From Dehalococcoidia bacterium (GTDB taxonomy: Bacteria > Chloroflexota > Dehalococcoidia > Lucifugimonadales > Australimonadaceae): DNA of 56,959 nucleotides. The stretch covers positions 1 through 56,959 of the forward strand of contig DAOUHP010000114.1 of NCBI GenBank assembly GCA_034428575.1, written 5' to 3'. Below are positions 29,171 to 37,616 of this stretch, piece after piece. Under the pieces are notes generated by a model, which saw only the letters and a list, made by a program, of their open reading frames with translations, had not been told where the DNA came from and ran no database searches. The translations under genes were made by a program, and so were the position numbers. Position 1 is the stretch's first letter, and the number at the start of each line of letters is the position of its first letter.

Positions 29171-29650
29171 ATGGCCTTGGAAGGCACATACCTGACGACC
29201 GCCGGGCTGCACGAGCTCGAAGAAGAGCTCGACAAGCTCAGGAGCGTCCGCCGTCAGGAGGTGGCCGAACGCATCCAGGACTCCAAGGAAGTCGGCGAAC
29301 TGGAGAACGCCGAGTACGAGGAGGCCAAGAACGAGCAGGCGTTCGTGGAGGGCCGTATCCAGGAGCTCGAGATGATGATTGCAAACGCCGTCATCATCCC
29401 CGACCACTCCCAGGCCGGGGCCAGTTCCGATGTCGTCGAACTCGGCTCCATCGTCAGTGTTCAGATGGGAAAGGTGAAGAAGACCGACACCTACACCATA
29501 GTCGGCAGCACTGAAGCCTCCCCAACGGACGGACGCATCTCCAACGAGTCCCCCATAGGGAAGGCACTCTTGGGAAAGAAGGCCGGGGACAAGGTGGAGT
29601 TCAAGACGCCCTCCGGCTCCCAGTCCATCATTATCGTCTCCGTTCAGTAG
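29171..29650 (+). CDS. greA: Transcription elongation factor GreA
   Basis: N-terminal coiled coil (ENAEYEEAKNEQAFVEGRIQELE) plus a C-terminal FKBP-like domain (SNESPIGKALLGKKAGD). Confidence 0.92.
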   Translation: MALEGTYLTTAGLHELEEELDKLRSVRRQEVAERIQDSKEVGELENAEYEEAKNEQAFVEGRIQELEMMIANAVIIPDHSQAGASSDVVELGSIVSVQMGKVKKTDTYTIVGSTEASPTDGRISNESPIGKALLGKKAGDKVEFKTPSGSQSIIIVSVQ

Positions 29651-29677
29651 AACGGAACCGCTCAACCGGAGACGCCC

Positions 29678-31168
29678 ATGCCCCAACGCGGAGACGAGTT
29701 GCTGGCGAGCCGCCGCGCCAAGCTGGAGCGGCTGCGGCAGCGCGAGATCGACCCCTACCCGGCCCGCTTCCACCGGACCCATACGACGGCTGAAGCCGCA
29801 CAAGCCTTCACCGATGCCGAGTCCGCGGGATCGGACGGTCCTGCCGCCACCGTCGCCGGCCGCATCGTGCGCCTGCGCCGCATGGGCAAGGCCTCCTTCG
29901 CCGACGTCGAGGACTCGGAGGGGCGCCTGCAACTCTTCATCCGCAGCGACGCCCTCGGCGACGGATACGCGTTGTTGGACGACCTCGATCTCGGCGACTT
30001 CGCAGGCGCGTCCGGGACGTTGGTCCGCACGAAGATGGGCGAGATATCGCTCGCCGTGGAGGGCCTCACACTGCTGGCCAAGGCGCTCCGGCCCCCGCCG
30101 GAGAAGTTCCACGGGCTGCGCGACGTCGAGCAGCGCTACCGCCAGCGCTACCTGGACCTCATCTCCAACCGCGAGGTGCACGAGGCAATGCGCGCCCGCA
30201 GCCGCATCATCTCCGCCATCCGCGCCTTCTTCGACGCGCGCGGCTTCCTGGAGGTCGACACGCCCGTGCTCGTGCCCGTGCCCGCCGGAGCGATGGCCCA
30301 ACCGTTCGTCACCCGCCACAACGCGCTCGACCGTGAGATATACCTCCGCATCGCGACGGAGCTCTACCTGAAGCGCCTCATCGTCGGCGGCATGGACAAG
30401 GTCTACGAGATAGGCCGCGTCTTCCGCAACGAGGGCATCGACGCCTCCCACAACCCGGAGTTCACCTCGCTCGAATCGTACGAGGCGTACGCCGACTACA
30501 ACGACGTGATGCGGCTCGTGGAGACGCTCGTGCCGCAGGTAGCGCTCGAAGTCACCGGCGGCACGAACATCGAGTACGGCGGCGAGACGATCAGGCTCAC
30601 CGGGCCGTGGCCGCGCATCTCCCTGCACGACGCCATCGAGCAGTACGCGGGCATCAACCTGGACGACCACCCGGAGGCCGCCTCGCTCGCCGACCGGATG
30701 CGCGCCATCGGCGTTGCCGCCACCTACGCGGAAAGCCGGGGAAGGCTCATCGACAAGCTCGTCGGCACGTTCGTCGAGCCGAAGCTCGTGCAGCCGTCGT
30801 TCCTGGTCGACTACCCCGTCGAGATGTCGCCGCTCGCCAAGGCGAGCCCGGACAACCCGCGTTACACGGAGCGCTTCGAGGCGTTCGCCGCGGGCATGGA
30901 GATAGCCAACTCGTTCACCGAGTTGAACGACCCGGACGTGCAACGCGAACGCCTCGCCGAGCAGGAGGAGCTGCGGAAGCAGTACCAGGGCGAGGACCTC
31001 GACCGGATGGACGAGGACTTCCTCACCGCGCTGGAGCACGGTATGCCGCCCACCGGCGGGCTCGGCATCGGCATCGACCGGCTGGTCATGCCTCTCACCG
31101 GCCAAACGACCATCCGCGACGTGATGCTCTTCCCGCAGGTGCGCCACATGGGTGAAGCGGATGCTTAG
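29678..31168 (+). CDS. lysS: Lysine--tRNA ligase (class II)
   Basis: Class II motifs (YEIGRVFRNEG, GGLGIGIDRLVM) and an OB-fold N-terminal domain. Confidence 0.95.
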   Translation: MPQRGDELLASRRAKLERLRQREIDPYPARFHRTHTTAEAAQAFTDAESAGSDGPAATVAGRIVRLRRMGKASFADVEDSEGRLQLFIRSDALGDGYALLDDLDLGDFAGASGTLVRTKMGEISLAVEGLTLLAKALRPPPEKFHGLRDVEQRYRQRYLDLISNREVHEAMRARSRIISAIRAFFDARGFLEVDTPVLVPVPAGAMAQPFVTRHNALDREIYLRIATELYLKRLIVGGMDKVYEIGRVFRNEGIDASHNPEFTSLESYEAYADYNDVMRLVETLVPQVALEVTGGTNIEYGGETIRLTGPWPRISLHDAIEQYAGINLDDHPEAASLADRMRAIGVAATYAESRGRLIDKLVGTFVEPKLVQPSFLVDYPVEMSPLAKASPDNPRYTERFEAFAAGMEIANSFTELNDPDVQRERLAEQEELRKQYQGEDLDRMDEDFLTALEHGMPPTGGLGIGIDRLVMPLTGQTTIRDVMLFPQVRHMGEADA

Positions 31169-32447
31169 CACCAACCTGCTGCGCCGTAGCCCGCAGACCG
31201 TCGTCCGCTCGCTGGAGCGGCGCGGCGAGGACGGGTCCGTCGTGGCCGGTCTCGCGCGGACGGACGAGCAGTGGCGGCAGGCGTTGAGCGAGCTCGAAGA
31301 TCTGCGGGCCAGACGCAACGAGGCCAGCCGCGCGATAGGCGACCTGATGAAGAGCGGCGCGGGCGCCGAAGCCGACGCCCGCAAGGAGGAGGTGCGCGTC
31401 CTCGGCGAACGCCTCAAGGCGCTGGAGGACGACGCCCGCTCGCTGGAAGCGGCGTTCCGCGAAACGATGCTCACGCTCCCCAATATCGCCTCGGACGGCG
31501 TGCCGGACGGCGAGGACGAGACCGGCAACGTGGTCGTCAGGGAAGAGGGAGAGAAGCGCTCCTACGACTTCGAACTGAAGCCGCACTGGGAGCTGTCCGA
31601 GTCGCTCGGCATCACCGACTTCGAACGCGGCGCCAAGCTCTCCGGCCGCATGTTCTACACGCTCGGCGAGGCCGGCGCGCGTCTGCAACGCGCCGTCGTG
31701 CAGTGGATGCTCGACCTCCACCGGGAGCGCCACGGCTACGAGGAGCGCGGCGTGCCGTTCCTCGTGCTCGGGCAGACGCTGGTCAACAGCAGCAACCTGC
31801 CCAAGTTCGCCGATGCTCTCTACCGCGACGCGGAAGAGGACCTGTGGCTCATCCCCACGGCGGAAGTGCCGCTCACCAGCCTGCACGCGGACGAGATACT
31901 GCCGCTGGGATCGCTGCCCATCAAGTACATGGCGCACACGCCCTGCTTCCGGCGGGAGCGCGCCGCCGCTGGCTCCCAGGTGCGCGGCCTCAAGCGCCTC
32001 CACCAGTTCGAAAAGGTCGAGATGTACCAGTTCGTCGAGCCGGAGCAGTCGCCCGACGCGCTGGACGAACTCGTTGAGCACGCCTCAGACGTGGTGCGCG
32101 GCCTCGGCCTGCCGTTCCGCATCCTGCAACTGTGCAGCGGCGACCTTGGCTTCGCGTCCACGATGAGCTTCGACGTCGAGATATGGACGCCCGCCAGCGA
32201 CGAGTGGCTGGAGGTGAGCTCCTGCTCCAACTGCACGGACTTCCAGGCGCGGCGCGCCAACATCCGCTACCGGAAGGAGCACGGTGCGCGCCCGGACCTC
32301 GTGCACACGCTCAACGGCTCCGGCCTCGCGCTGCCTCGCGTGCTCATCGCACTGCTGGAGACGTACCAGCAGGCGGACGGAACCGTCCGGCTGCCGGACG
32401 TGCTGGCGCCCTACATGGGCGGCCAGCAGACCCTCGCCCCGCGCTGA
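31161..32447 (+). CDS. serS: Serine--tRNA ligase
   Basis: N-terminal coiled-coil arm and class II core (TPCFRRE, LNGSGLALPR). ATG 31161 (MLSTNLLR) overlaps lysS by 8 nt. The track start at 31152 is GTG. Confidence 0.95.
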   Translation: MLSTNLLRRSPQTVVRSLERRGEDGSVVAGLARTDEQWRQALSELEDLRARRNEASRAIGDLMKSGAGAEADARKEEVRVLGERLKALEDDARSLEAAFRETMLTLPNIASDGVPDGEDETGNVVVREEGEKRSYDFELKPHWELSESLGITDFERGAKLSGRMFYTLGEAGARLQRAVVQWMLDLHRERHGYEERGVPFLVLGQTLVNSSNLPKFADALYRDAEEDLWLIPTAEVPLTSLHADEILPLGSLPIKYMAHTPCFRRERAAAGSQVRGLKRLHQFEKVEMYQFVEPEQSPDALDELVEHASDVVRGLGLPFRILQLCSGDLGFASTMSFDVEIWTPASDEWLEVSSCSNCTDFQARRANIRYRKEHGARPDLVHTLNGSGLALPRVLIALLETYQQADGTVRLPDVLAPYMGGQQTLAPR

Positions 32448-32493
32448 CGCCCGCCGATTGCCCGCCCCACGTGCCCTCAGATAGCATAGGTGT

Positions 32494-33180
32494 ATGGGTA
32501 ACCGCAGCAACAAGATGCCGGATTCGTTGCGGGGACGGCTGTGCGGCGCCCGCTACCGCATAGTGGACAGCGCGCGCTACGCCCAGGTCCACCCGCAGAC
32601 GCTCTCCCGGTGGTTCAACGGGTCTATCCCCGCGAACCCCGACAAGCGCAGAAGGGGCAGGGTCTCCTACATGCAGACCCTGGAGGCGGCGTTCGTCGGC
32701 ACGTTCCGCTCGCTGGGCATGCCGCTCCCCCGCATCCGCAAGCTGCGGGACCGCCTCGCCATCACGTTGGGGGCCGAGTTCCCGTTCGGAGTCGCGGACT
32801 TCCCGGTCCACGGTCTGGACGTTGCCGCAGACCTCTGCGGGAACGGCGATGCACCCTCCGGCCCCATCGTCAGCGATCCCTCCGGAGGAGAAGCCTGGCA
32901 TCCCCTCGTGGCTGAGCGCATCGCCCAGTGCGACTACGACGACGAGTACGGATTGGCCCTGCGCTGGTTCTTCCTGGGCCGGAGCGTTCCCCTTCTGATA
33001 GACCCCGGCATATCGTCCGGCGCGCCCATCGTGCCGGGCGGCATAGCGACGTGGGCGCTGGCGGGCCTTTTCAAAGGCGGCCAGCGGCGGGAGTCCATAC
33101 TCAGCGACTTTCCTTACGTAACTCCTGAGGCGTTGGATGCCGCGCTCGAGTACGAAGGACTGCTGCAAGAAGCCGCATGA
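32494..33180 (+). CDS. DUF433 domain protein with an N-terminal HTH-like extension (putative antitoxin)
   Basis: C-terminal IDPGISSGAPIVPGG...DFPYVTPEALDAALEYE matches the DUF433 (COG2442) pattern. The N-terminus carries ARYAQVHPQTLSRWFNG. Confidence 0.75.
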   Translation: MGNRSNKMPDSLRGRLCGARYRIVDSARYAQVHPQTLSRWFNGSIPANPDKRRRGRVSYMQTLEAAFVGTFRSLGMPLPRIRKLRDRLAITLGAEFPFGVADFPVHGLDVAADLCGNGDAPSGPIVSDPSGGEAWHPLVAERIAQCDYDDEYGLALRWFFLGRSVPLLIDPGISSGAPIVPGGIATWALAGLFKGGQRRESILSDFPYVTPEALDAALEYEGLLQEAA

Positions 33181-33551
33181 TCCTGTTCCTGGACAGGAAC
33201 TTCGGCCCGCGCGTCCCCCAGGCTCTCCGCCTCCTGGACTTGGATGTCATCGGGCACGACGAACGGTTCCCTTCCGACACGCCGGACGAGATTTGGCTGG
33301 CGGAAGCGGGGCGGCAGGGTTGGGTGGTCGTCACGCACGACAGAGGCATCGCTGAGAATGAGAAAGAACTGGCAGCGGTGGTCGCGGGCGACGTCCCCTG
33401 CTTCGTGTTGCCCGGCGGCAGCGCCAGCCACTGGGCGAAGGCGCGGGAGTTCGCGCTCGCCTGGCGGAAGATGAACGCTATCCTGAACGACGACACCCCA
33501 CCCTATGTCTGGCATCGCTCACCGCGGGAGTGGGTCAGGCTGTATCCGTAG
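33177..33551 (+). CDS. DUF5615 (PIN-like, COG4634-type) protein, putative toxin
   Basis: ATGA overlap with the DUF433 gene. Starts MILFLDRNFG with an acidic-residue pattern (D6, D37/E38, D54) typical of small PIN-like domains. Confidence 0.7.
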   Translation: MILFLDRNFGPRVPQALRLLDLDVIGHDERFPSDTPDEIWLAEAGRQGWVVVTHDRGIAENEKELAAVVAGDVPCFVLPGGSASHWAKAREFALAWRKMNAILNDDTPPYVWHRSPREWVRLYP

Positions 33552-33582
33552 GGTGTACAGTACCGTGTAAGAGGAGGACCGC

Positions 33583-34848
33583 TTGTACGAACGCACCATC
33601 CTGCCGAATGGCCTCCGCGTGCTCTCCAGCACCATGCCGCACGTCCGCTCCGTCTCCACCGGCATCTTCGTCGGAGCGGGCTCCCGCTACGAGGACGACG
33701 ACGTCGCCGGGGCGTCCCACTTCCTGGAGCACATGCTCTTCAAGGGGACGGCCAAGCGCCCCGACCCGCAGATGATCTCCCGCGCCATCGAGTCCGTCGG
33801 CGGCGTGCTCAACGCCAGCACCGACCGCGAGGCCACGCTCTACTACACGAAGGTCGCCCGCGACCACTTCCCGCTGGCGCTCGACGTGCTCGCCGACATG
33901 TACAACGCGCCCCTCTTCCTGCCGGACGAGCTCGAACGCGAGCGCGGCGTCATCCTCGAAGAGCTCGCGATGACCTACGATCAGCCCGACGCCCTCGCCG
34001 ACATGCTCATCGACAAGGCGCTCTGGCCCGACCAGCCGATGGGGCGCGACGTGGGCGGAACGCGCGAGTCCGTCGGCGGCATCACCCGCGAGCAGCTCGC
34101 CGACTACCACGCGCAGCAGTACGTCCCGGCCAACACCGTCGTCGCCGTGGCCGGCAACGTCGAGCACCACGAGGTCGTCGAGAGCGTCGCCGCGTTGCTC
34201 GGGAACGGGCAGGCCGGTGAGACGCTCATGATGCACCCGGTCCAGCGGGACGGGGACGGCGGCGTGCGCGTCGAGCTCGCCAACCGCCGGACGGACCAGG
34301 CCCACCTCTGCATCGCCGTCGACGGCCCCCCGGCCGACTCCGACGACCGGTATGCCGTGGACCTGATGAACACCGTGCTCGGCGAGGGCATGAGCAGCCG
34401 CCTGTTCGTGGAACTGCGGGAACGCCGCGGCCTCGCCTACGACGTGCACAGCAGCGCGATGCACTACCGCGACTGCGGCGCGCTGCTGGTCACCTGCGGC
34501 GTCGACACCGCGAACGCCAACGAGGCGGTGCAGGCCGTGCTCCACGAGTGGGACGACGTACAGCAGGGTGTCGCCGAAGAGGAGCTTTCGCGCGCGACCG
34601 AGTACGCGGTCGGACGGCTCGGCCTGCGCCTGGAGGACACTCGCGCCGTCATGGGCTGGATGGGCGGGCAGGAGTTGCTGCGCAACCACGTGAAGACGCC
34701 CGAGGAGGTCGTCGCCGGCATACGCGGCATCACGCCGGACGACGTGACGGCGGCGGCCCGCCGCTACTTCGGCACCGGCGCGTACCGACTCTCCGCCGTC
34801 GGCCCCTACCGCTCGCAGGCGCGGTTCCAGAAGTTGCTGGCTGCCTGA
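33583..34848 (+). CDS. M16 family zinc peptidase (pitrilysin/insulinase-like)
   Basis: Inverted zinc motif HFLEHMLFKGT and downstream E (REVILEE-like RERGVILEEL). TTG start with a GAGGAGGA SD. Confidence 0.88.
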   Translation: MYERTILPNGLRVLSSTMPHVRSVSTGIFVGAGSRYEDDDVAGASHFLEHMLFKGTAKRPDPQMISRAIESVGGVLNASTDREATLYYTKVARDHFPLALDVLADMYNAPLFLPDELERERGVILEELAMTYDQPDALADMLIDKALWPDQPMGRDVGGTRESVGGITREQLADYHAQQYVPANTVVAVAGNVEHHEVVESVAALLGNGQAGETLMMHPVQRDGDGGVRVELANRRTDQAHLCIAVDGPPADSDDRYAVDLMNTVLGEGMSSRLFVELRERRGLAYDVHSSAMHYRDCGALLVTCGVDTANANEAVQAVLHEWDDVQQGVAEEELSRATEYAVGRLGLRLEDTRAVMGWMGGQELLRNHVKTPEEVVAGIRGITPDDVTAAARRYFGTGAYRLSAVGPYRSQARFQKLLAA

Positions 34849-34950
34849 TCCCTTCTCCCTGCAAGGGGAGCGTGCTGGGTGAGGGTTTGGGCGGGGGCTT
34901 GTCATGTTGAGCGGAGCCCGCGCTTCAACGCGCAGCATCCTCTCAGGGAA
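34842..34950 (+). repeat. Two adjacent REP-like units that contain the M16 stop codon
   Basis: tgcctgatcccttctccctgcaaggggag...gggtgaggg is the same family as the 2231 unit. It is followed by tgtcatgttgagcggagc...gcagcatc, related to block B at 835. Confidence 0.8.
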
Positions 34951-34999
34951 CGTCCGCGTATGCCGGCGGGCCGCGCCTCCTCACCTAACTGGGCGGACG

Positions 35000-35167
35000 C
35001 TATTGCGGCAGCCTCTCCTTGATCTCCCGGAGTTCCGTCATGATGATGTAGTCCCGTTGCCTGATGTCCTCTCCCAGTTCATCGATGCGCTCGTGAAGCT
35101 CGGCGTGCTGAGCAGCATTCTCCTGCTCGAACTGATTGAACCAGGCGGGCTTGTCCGTGGTCGTCAT
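35000..35167 (-). CDS. 55-aa charged helical protein (MTTTDKPAWFNQFEQENAAQHAELHERIDELGEDIRQ...)
   Basis: Not in the track (under 60 aa). ATG 35167 has a GAGGGAG SD, and its own candidate promoter lies upstream. Confidence 0.45.
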   Translation of the reverse strand: MTTTDKPAWFNQFEQENAAQHAELHERIDELGEDIRQRDYIIMTELREIKERLPQ

Positions 35168-35208
35168 CGGGGCTCCCTCTCATCGTTCTGTATCTACGGT
35201 CTAGCATC

Positions 35209-35237
35209 AAGATACTAACTCGTGTTCACATGTGCAA
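35209..35237 (-). promoter_or_regulatory. Candidate promoter TTGCAC-17 nt-TATCTT (minus strand)
   Basis: Read on the reverse complement in the AT-richer 98-nt gap upstream of the 55-aa ORF. Confidence 0.3.
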
Positions 35238-35265
35238 CCGCTTGCAGCCCGCGTGTATCGCCAAC

Positions 35266-35553
35266 TTACACGATCCGCAGCCCGATCTCCACGAAGAGCC
35301 AGATGAAGGACGTGATGCCCGCGCTGCCGCTGATGATCATGAGGTCGCGGCGGTGCAGGCGCCAGCCCTCGTAGGAGTCCGCGGCCTGCGAGGGCGTGTC
35401 GAGCAGGAAACGCTCGATGCCCCGAAGGCGCGCGTCTATCGCGTCCAGTTTGGCGGACCAGACGCGCTCGGTGAGTTCGTGCTCCCGGGCGTGCCCCTCG
35501 CCTTCAGCCTCCAGCGCGGCCAGCCGCTCCTTCTGCGTCATCATCGTGCTCAT
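35266..35553 (-). CDS. 95-aa protein with a coiled-coil N-terminus and a C-terminal TM helix (holin-like / tail-anchored)
   Basis: In-frame part of ORF 35266..36087(-). ATGA overlap with the upstream gene. The C-terminus is LMIISGSAGITSFIWLFVEIGL. Confidence 0.6.
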   Translation of the reverse strand: MSTMMTQKERLAALEAEGEGHAREHELTERVWSAKLDAIDARLRGIERFLLDTPSQAADSYEGWRLHRRDLMIISGSAGITSFIWLFVEIGLRIV

Positions 35554-36371
35554 GCGACACCTCCCGCGCGGAACGGCTCCAGCAGCAGCCGCACGTCCGT
35601 GTCCAGGTCCGCATCGACGTAGAACGGCTCGAACGCCGGCGCGCGCGTCCACAAGCGCGCCGCGTTGATGAGCGCCGCCCGCTCCACCGGCGCGGGCCAT
35701 CGCACGACGGAGAGCGTCGCGTTCAACTCGTGGCGCTGCTGGGGTGAGCCGTTCAGCCCTCGCGTCACGGTGAGGCGGTTGGAGGAGAGGGCCCGCACCA
35801 GCATCCCCCCCGAGCCCCCCGCTATCGTCTGCCCCACCGCCAGGTTGACGGTGCTGCTCACGTCCAGCGCCGTCGAAGTCTCGCTGGCGGTGCTCCGCAG
35901 ACGCGCGCCCGCGTACTCCAACCGCTCGCCGAACCCCCACCTGCCGCGCACCTCGTAGCGCGCGGGGCCGCGCTCGAACCGCTGGCGAGGGCCGTTGCCG
36001 CGCACCCGCAGCGCGTTGTACGGCCTGCCCCAGTGCTCCTCCGGCGACGCGTTCAGCGGCAGCAACTGGTACTCCGACGGCGACCACGCCGTGCCGTAGT
36101 TCCCGCTCTCGTCGTCGTCCGATCGCACCGAGGAGACCGCGATGGCGTCCGGCAGCGGAAGCGTCGCATCGCCGGGACCGTCGAAGTAGCGCGTTGCGGT
36201 CAGCGCGTAGAAGTGGCGGTTGCAGTAGCGGTCCGCAGCCTCCGACGCCGCCAGCAGCAGGCTGAACAACGCGCTGTCCGCGCCGCTGCCGCCCGCCGGG
36301 TTGTCCAGCAGCGACGAATCCTTCAGTCTCGTGAGGTCGCCGTACAGCGACCGGTACCCTTCTATGCCCAT
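35550..36371 (-). CDS. Phage head-tail connector/adaptor-like protein
   Basis: N-terminus LTRLKDSSLLD...LFSLLLAASEAADRYCNRHF...TRYFDG fits the gp6-like connector pattern, followed by V.V.G.WG and ...LTVTRGLNGS... segments. GGAGGAG SD upstream of ATG 36371. Confidence 0.6.
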   Translation of the reverse strand: MGIEGYRSLYGDLTRLKDSSLLDNPAGGSGADSALFSLLLAASEAADRYCNRHFYALTATRYFDGPGDATLPLPDAIAVSSVRSDDDESGNYGTAWSPSEYQLLPLNASPEEHWGRPYNALRVRGNGPRQRFERGPARYEVRGRWGFGERLEYAGARLRSTASETSTALDVSSTVNLAVGQTIAGGSGGMLVRALSSNRLTVTRGLNGSPQQRHELNATLSVVRWPAPVERAALINAARLWTRAPAFEPFYVDADLDTDVRLLLEPFRAGGVA

Positions 36372-36373
36372 GA

Positions 36374-36835
36374 CTATCGCTCCTCCGTGAACTCGACGAT
36401 GAACTTGTGGGACGTGGTTGGCCTGGTCACCCAGCGGATGCTCAGCGGCTCGTTGCGCTCGCCTGCCGGGCCCGCGCCCCGGCCCCAGGTGCGGGTCGAG
36501 CCGGCGCTGTGATCCGGCACGCGCACGTAGCCAACCGCCTTCCGCGGGCTCGACGCGATGTTCGTTCCAGTGCCGAAGTAGACCTCGCAGAAGTGCGGGT
36601 TGTCGGAGATCGGCTGGTAGACGGTAAGGTTGATGAGACGCAGCCGCTTGCCCGCCCTGGGGCGCAGCAGCGTCCACCGGGTCGTCGAGCGCTGCCCGTC
36701 GCTGAAGAACATCGTCTGCGTGTCGGACAGGTCCACCAGGTAGCCGGGCGTATAGCGCCGCAGCCCGTCCTGCCGCGCCGTCCGTGGCCGCACCGTGGGC
36801 GCGTAGTCGCTCCTCCGCCGTTGCTCGTCTGCCAT
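36374..36835 (-). CDS. Hypothetical 153-aa protein (beta-rich), first gene of the phage-like operon
   Basis: ORF 36374..36964(-) trimmed to ATG 36835 with an AGGAAGGAG SD. The stop lies 2 nt before the next gene's start. Confidence 0.6.
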   Translation of the reverse strand: MADEQRRRSDYAPTVRPRTARQDGLRRYTPGYLVDLSDTQTMFFSDGQRSTTRWTLLRPRAGKRLRLINLTVYQPISDNPHFCEVYFGTGTNIASSPRKAVGYVRVPDHSAGSTRTWGRGAGPAGERNEPLSIRWVTRPTTSHKFIVEFTEER

Positions 36836-36897
36836 CGTTTCTCTCCTTCCTGGACCACGCGGGACGCAGGGCTCCTGCGCCGCGCCGGAGACACAGA

Positions 36898-36930
36898 AAG
36901 CCCCCGGCCTCGTCTGATGACCGGGGGCTT
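36898..36930 (-). terminator. Hairpin followed by a T-rich run on the minus strand (aagcccccgg-N13-ccgggggctt, then tctgtgtct)
   Basis: 10-bp GC stem read directly, only about 60 nt upstream of the phage-like operon start. Could be a terminator or a leader structure. Confidence 0.4.
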
Positions 36931-37391
36931 GTCCCCTCGCGCAGTCCGTGGGGCTCATCCCCACGCTCTAGGTTATGCAACCAGCCTACACTCGCCCCAC
37001 CCGACCGCGTAAGCGGCCCGTGTCACAATTCTCCAAACCGACATTCACATGGATGGACAGGATGCACAGGATGGGGGTCGGCGAACGTTTCGGGGGGCAA
37101 CGCGGACCAAAACAGCCCACTCCTCTCATTTCACCTCTGAAACCGGCACTTCGGTGGGCTGTTCAGTAGTCCAAACCAGTCCATCCGCAGCTCATTCCGG
37201 GTCATAGCGGCCCGATACAGCCCATTCCGGTCCACACCCATCAATCAGTCGCTGCCGTTCGTCTGCTGTCGTCACGGAGACAGCGTACGCGGTCATGGGG
37301 TGACGGGGGAAGGGGCGGGTGTCAGTGGGTTGGGGCTGGCAGGGTAAACAGGCACGCTCACCACGAGCGGAGCAACGCCACGGCCTTGCGG

Positions 37392-37616
37392 CTACCGAGT
37401 GTTCGTGGGCAGGCGTCGACCATGAGTCGGACGCCGTTCAGACATCTGCGAAGGCTGCACTGTAGCGAACACAGGTGTTTCGCGGTCCGCAAACTCGACC
37501 ACGAAAGCCTTGCCCGACGCATGGACATGCACGATCGTCCCCGCTTCCCCAGCCCGCAGACCGTCCTCTGGAAGGTCAACGGTCAGCGTGACGATGTCAT
37601 GCTCCCTGAGTTTCAT
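37392..37616 (-). CDS. DUF4926 domain protein
   Basis: MKLREHDIVTLTVDLPEDGLRAGEAGTIVHVHASGKAFVVEF matches the DUF4926 pattern. 20-nt overlap with the upstream gene. Confidence 0.7.
   Translation of the reverse strand: MKLREHDIVTLTVDLPEDGLRAGEAGTIVHVHASGKAFVVEFADRETPVFATVQPSQMSERRPTHGRRLPTNTR

Noticed and set aside
28943-31528. 861-aa ORF on the minus strand spanning greA, lysS and the start of serS
   Set aside because: It is antisense to three genes with unmistakable family signatures. Its translation is Arg/Ala/Gly/Leu-rich low-information sequence, typical of stop-free alternate frames in GC-rich DNA.
33535-34938. 467-aa minus-strand ORF
   Set aside because: It is antisense to the M16 peptidase (HFLEH motif on the plus strand), and its 5' end runs into repeat units.
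37086-37136. GAGGTG followed by ATG on the minus strand, opening a ~50-codon ORF in the 36836-37391 gap
   Set aside because: The SD-to-ATG spacing is only 2 nt. The frame runs through a repeat fragment and encodes Pro/Arg/Cys-rich sequence. A 34-codon ORF starting at about 37295(-) also lacks any SD.
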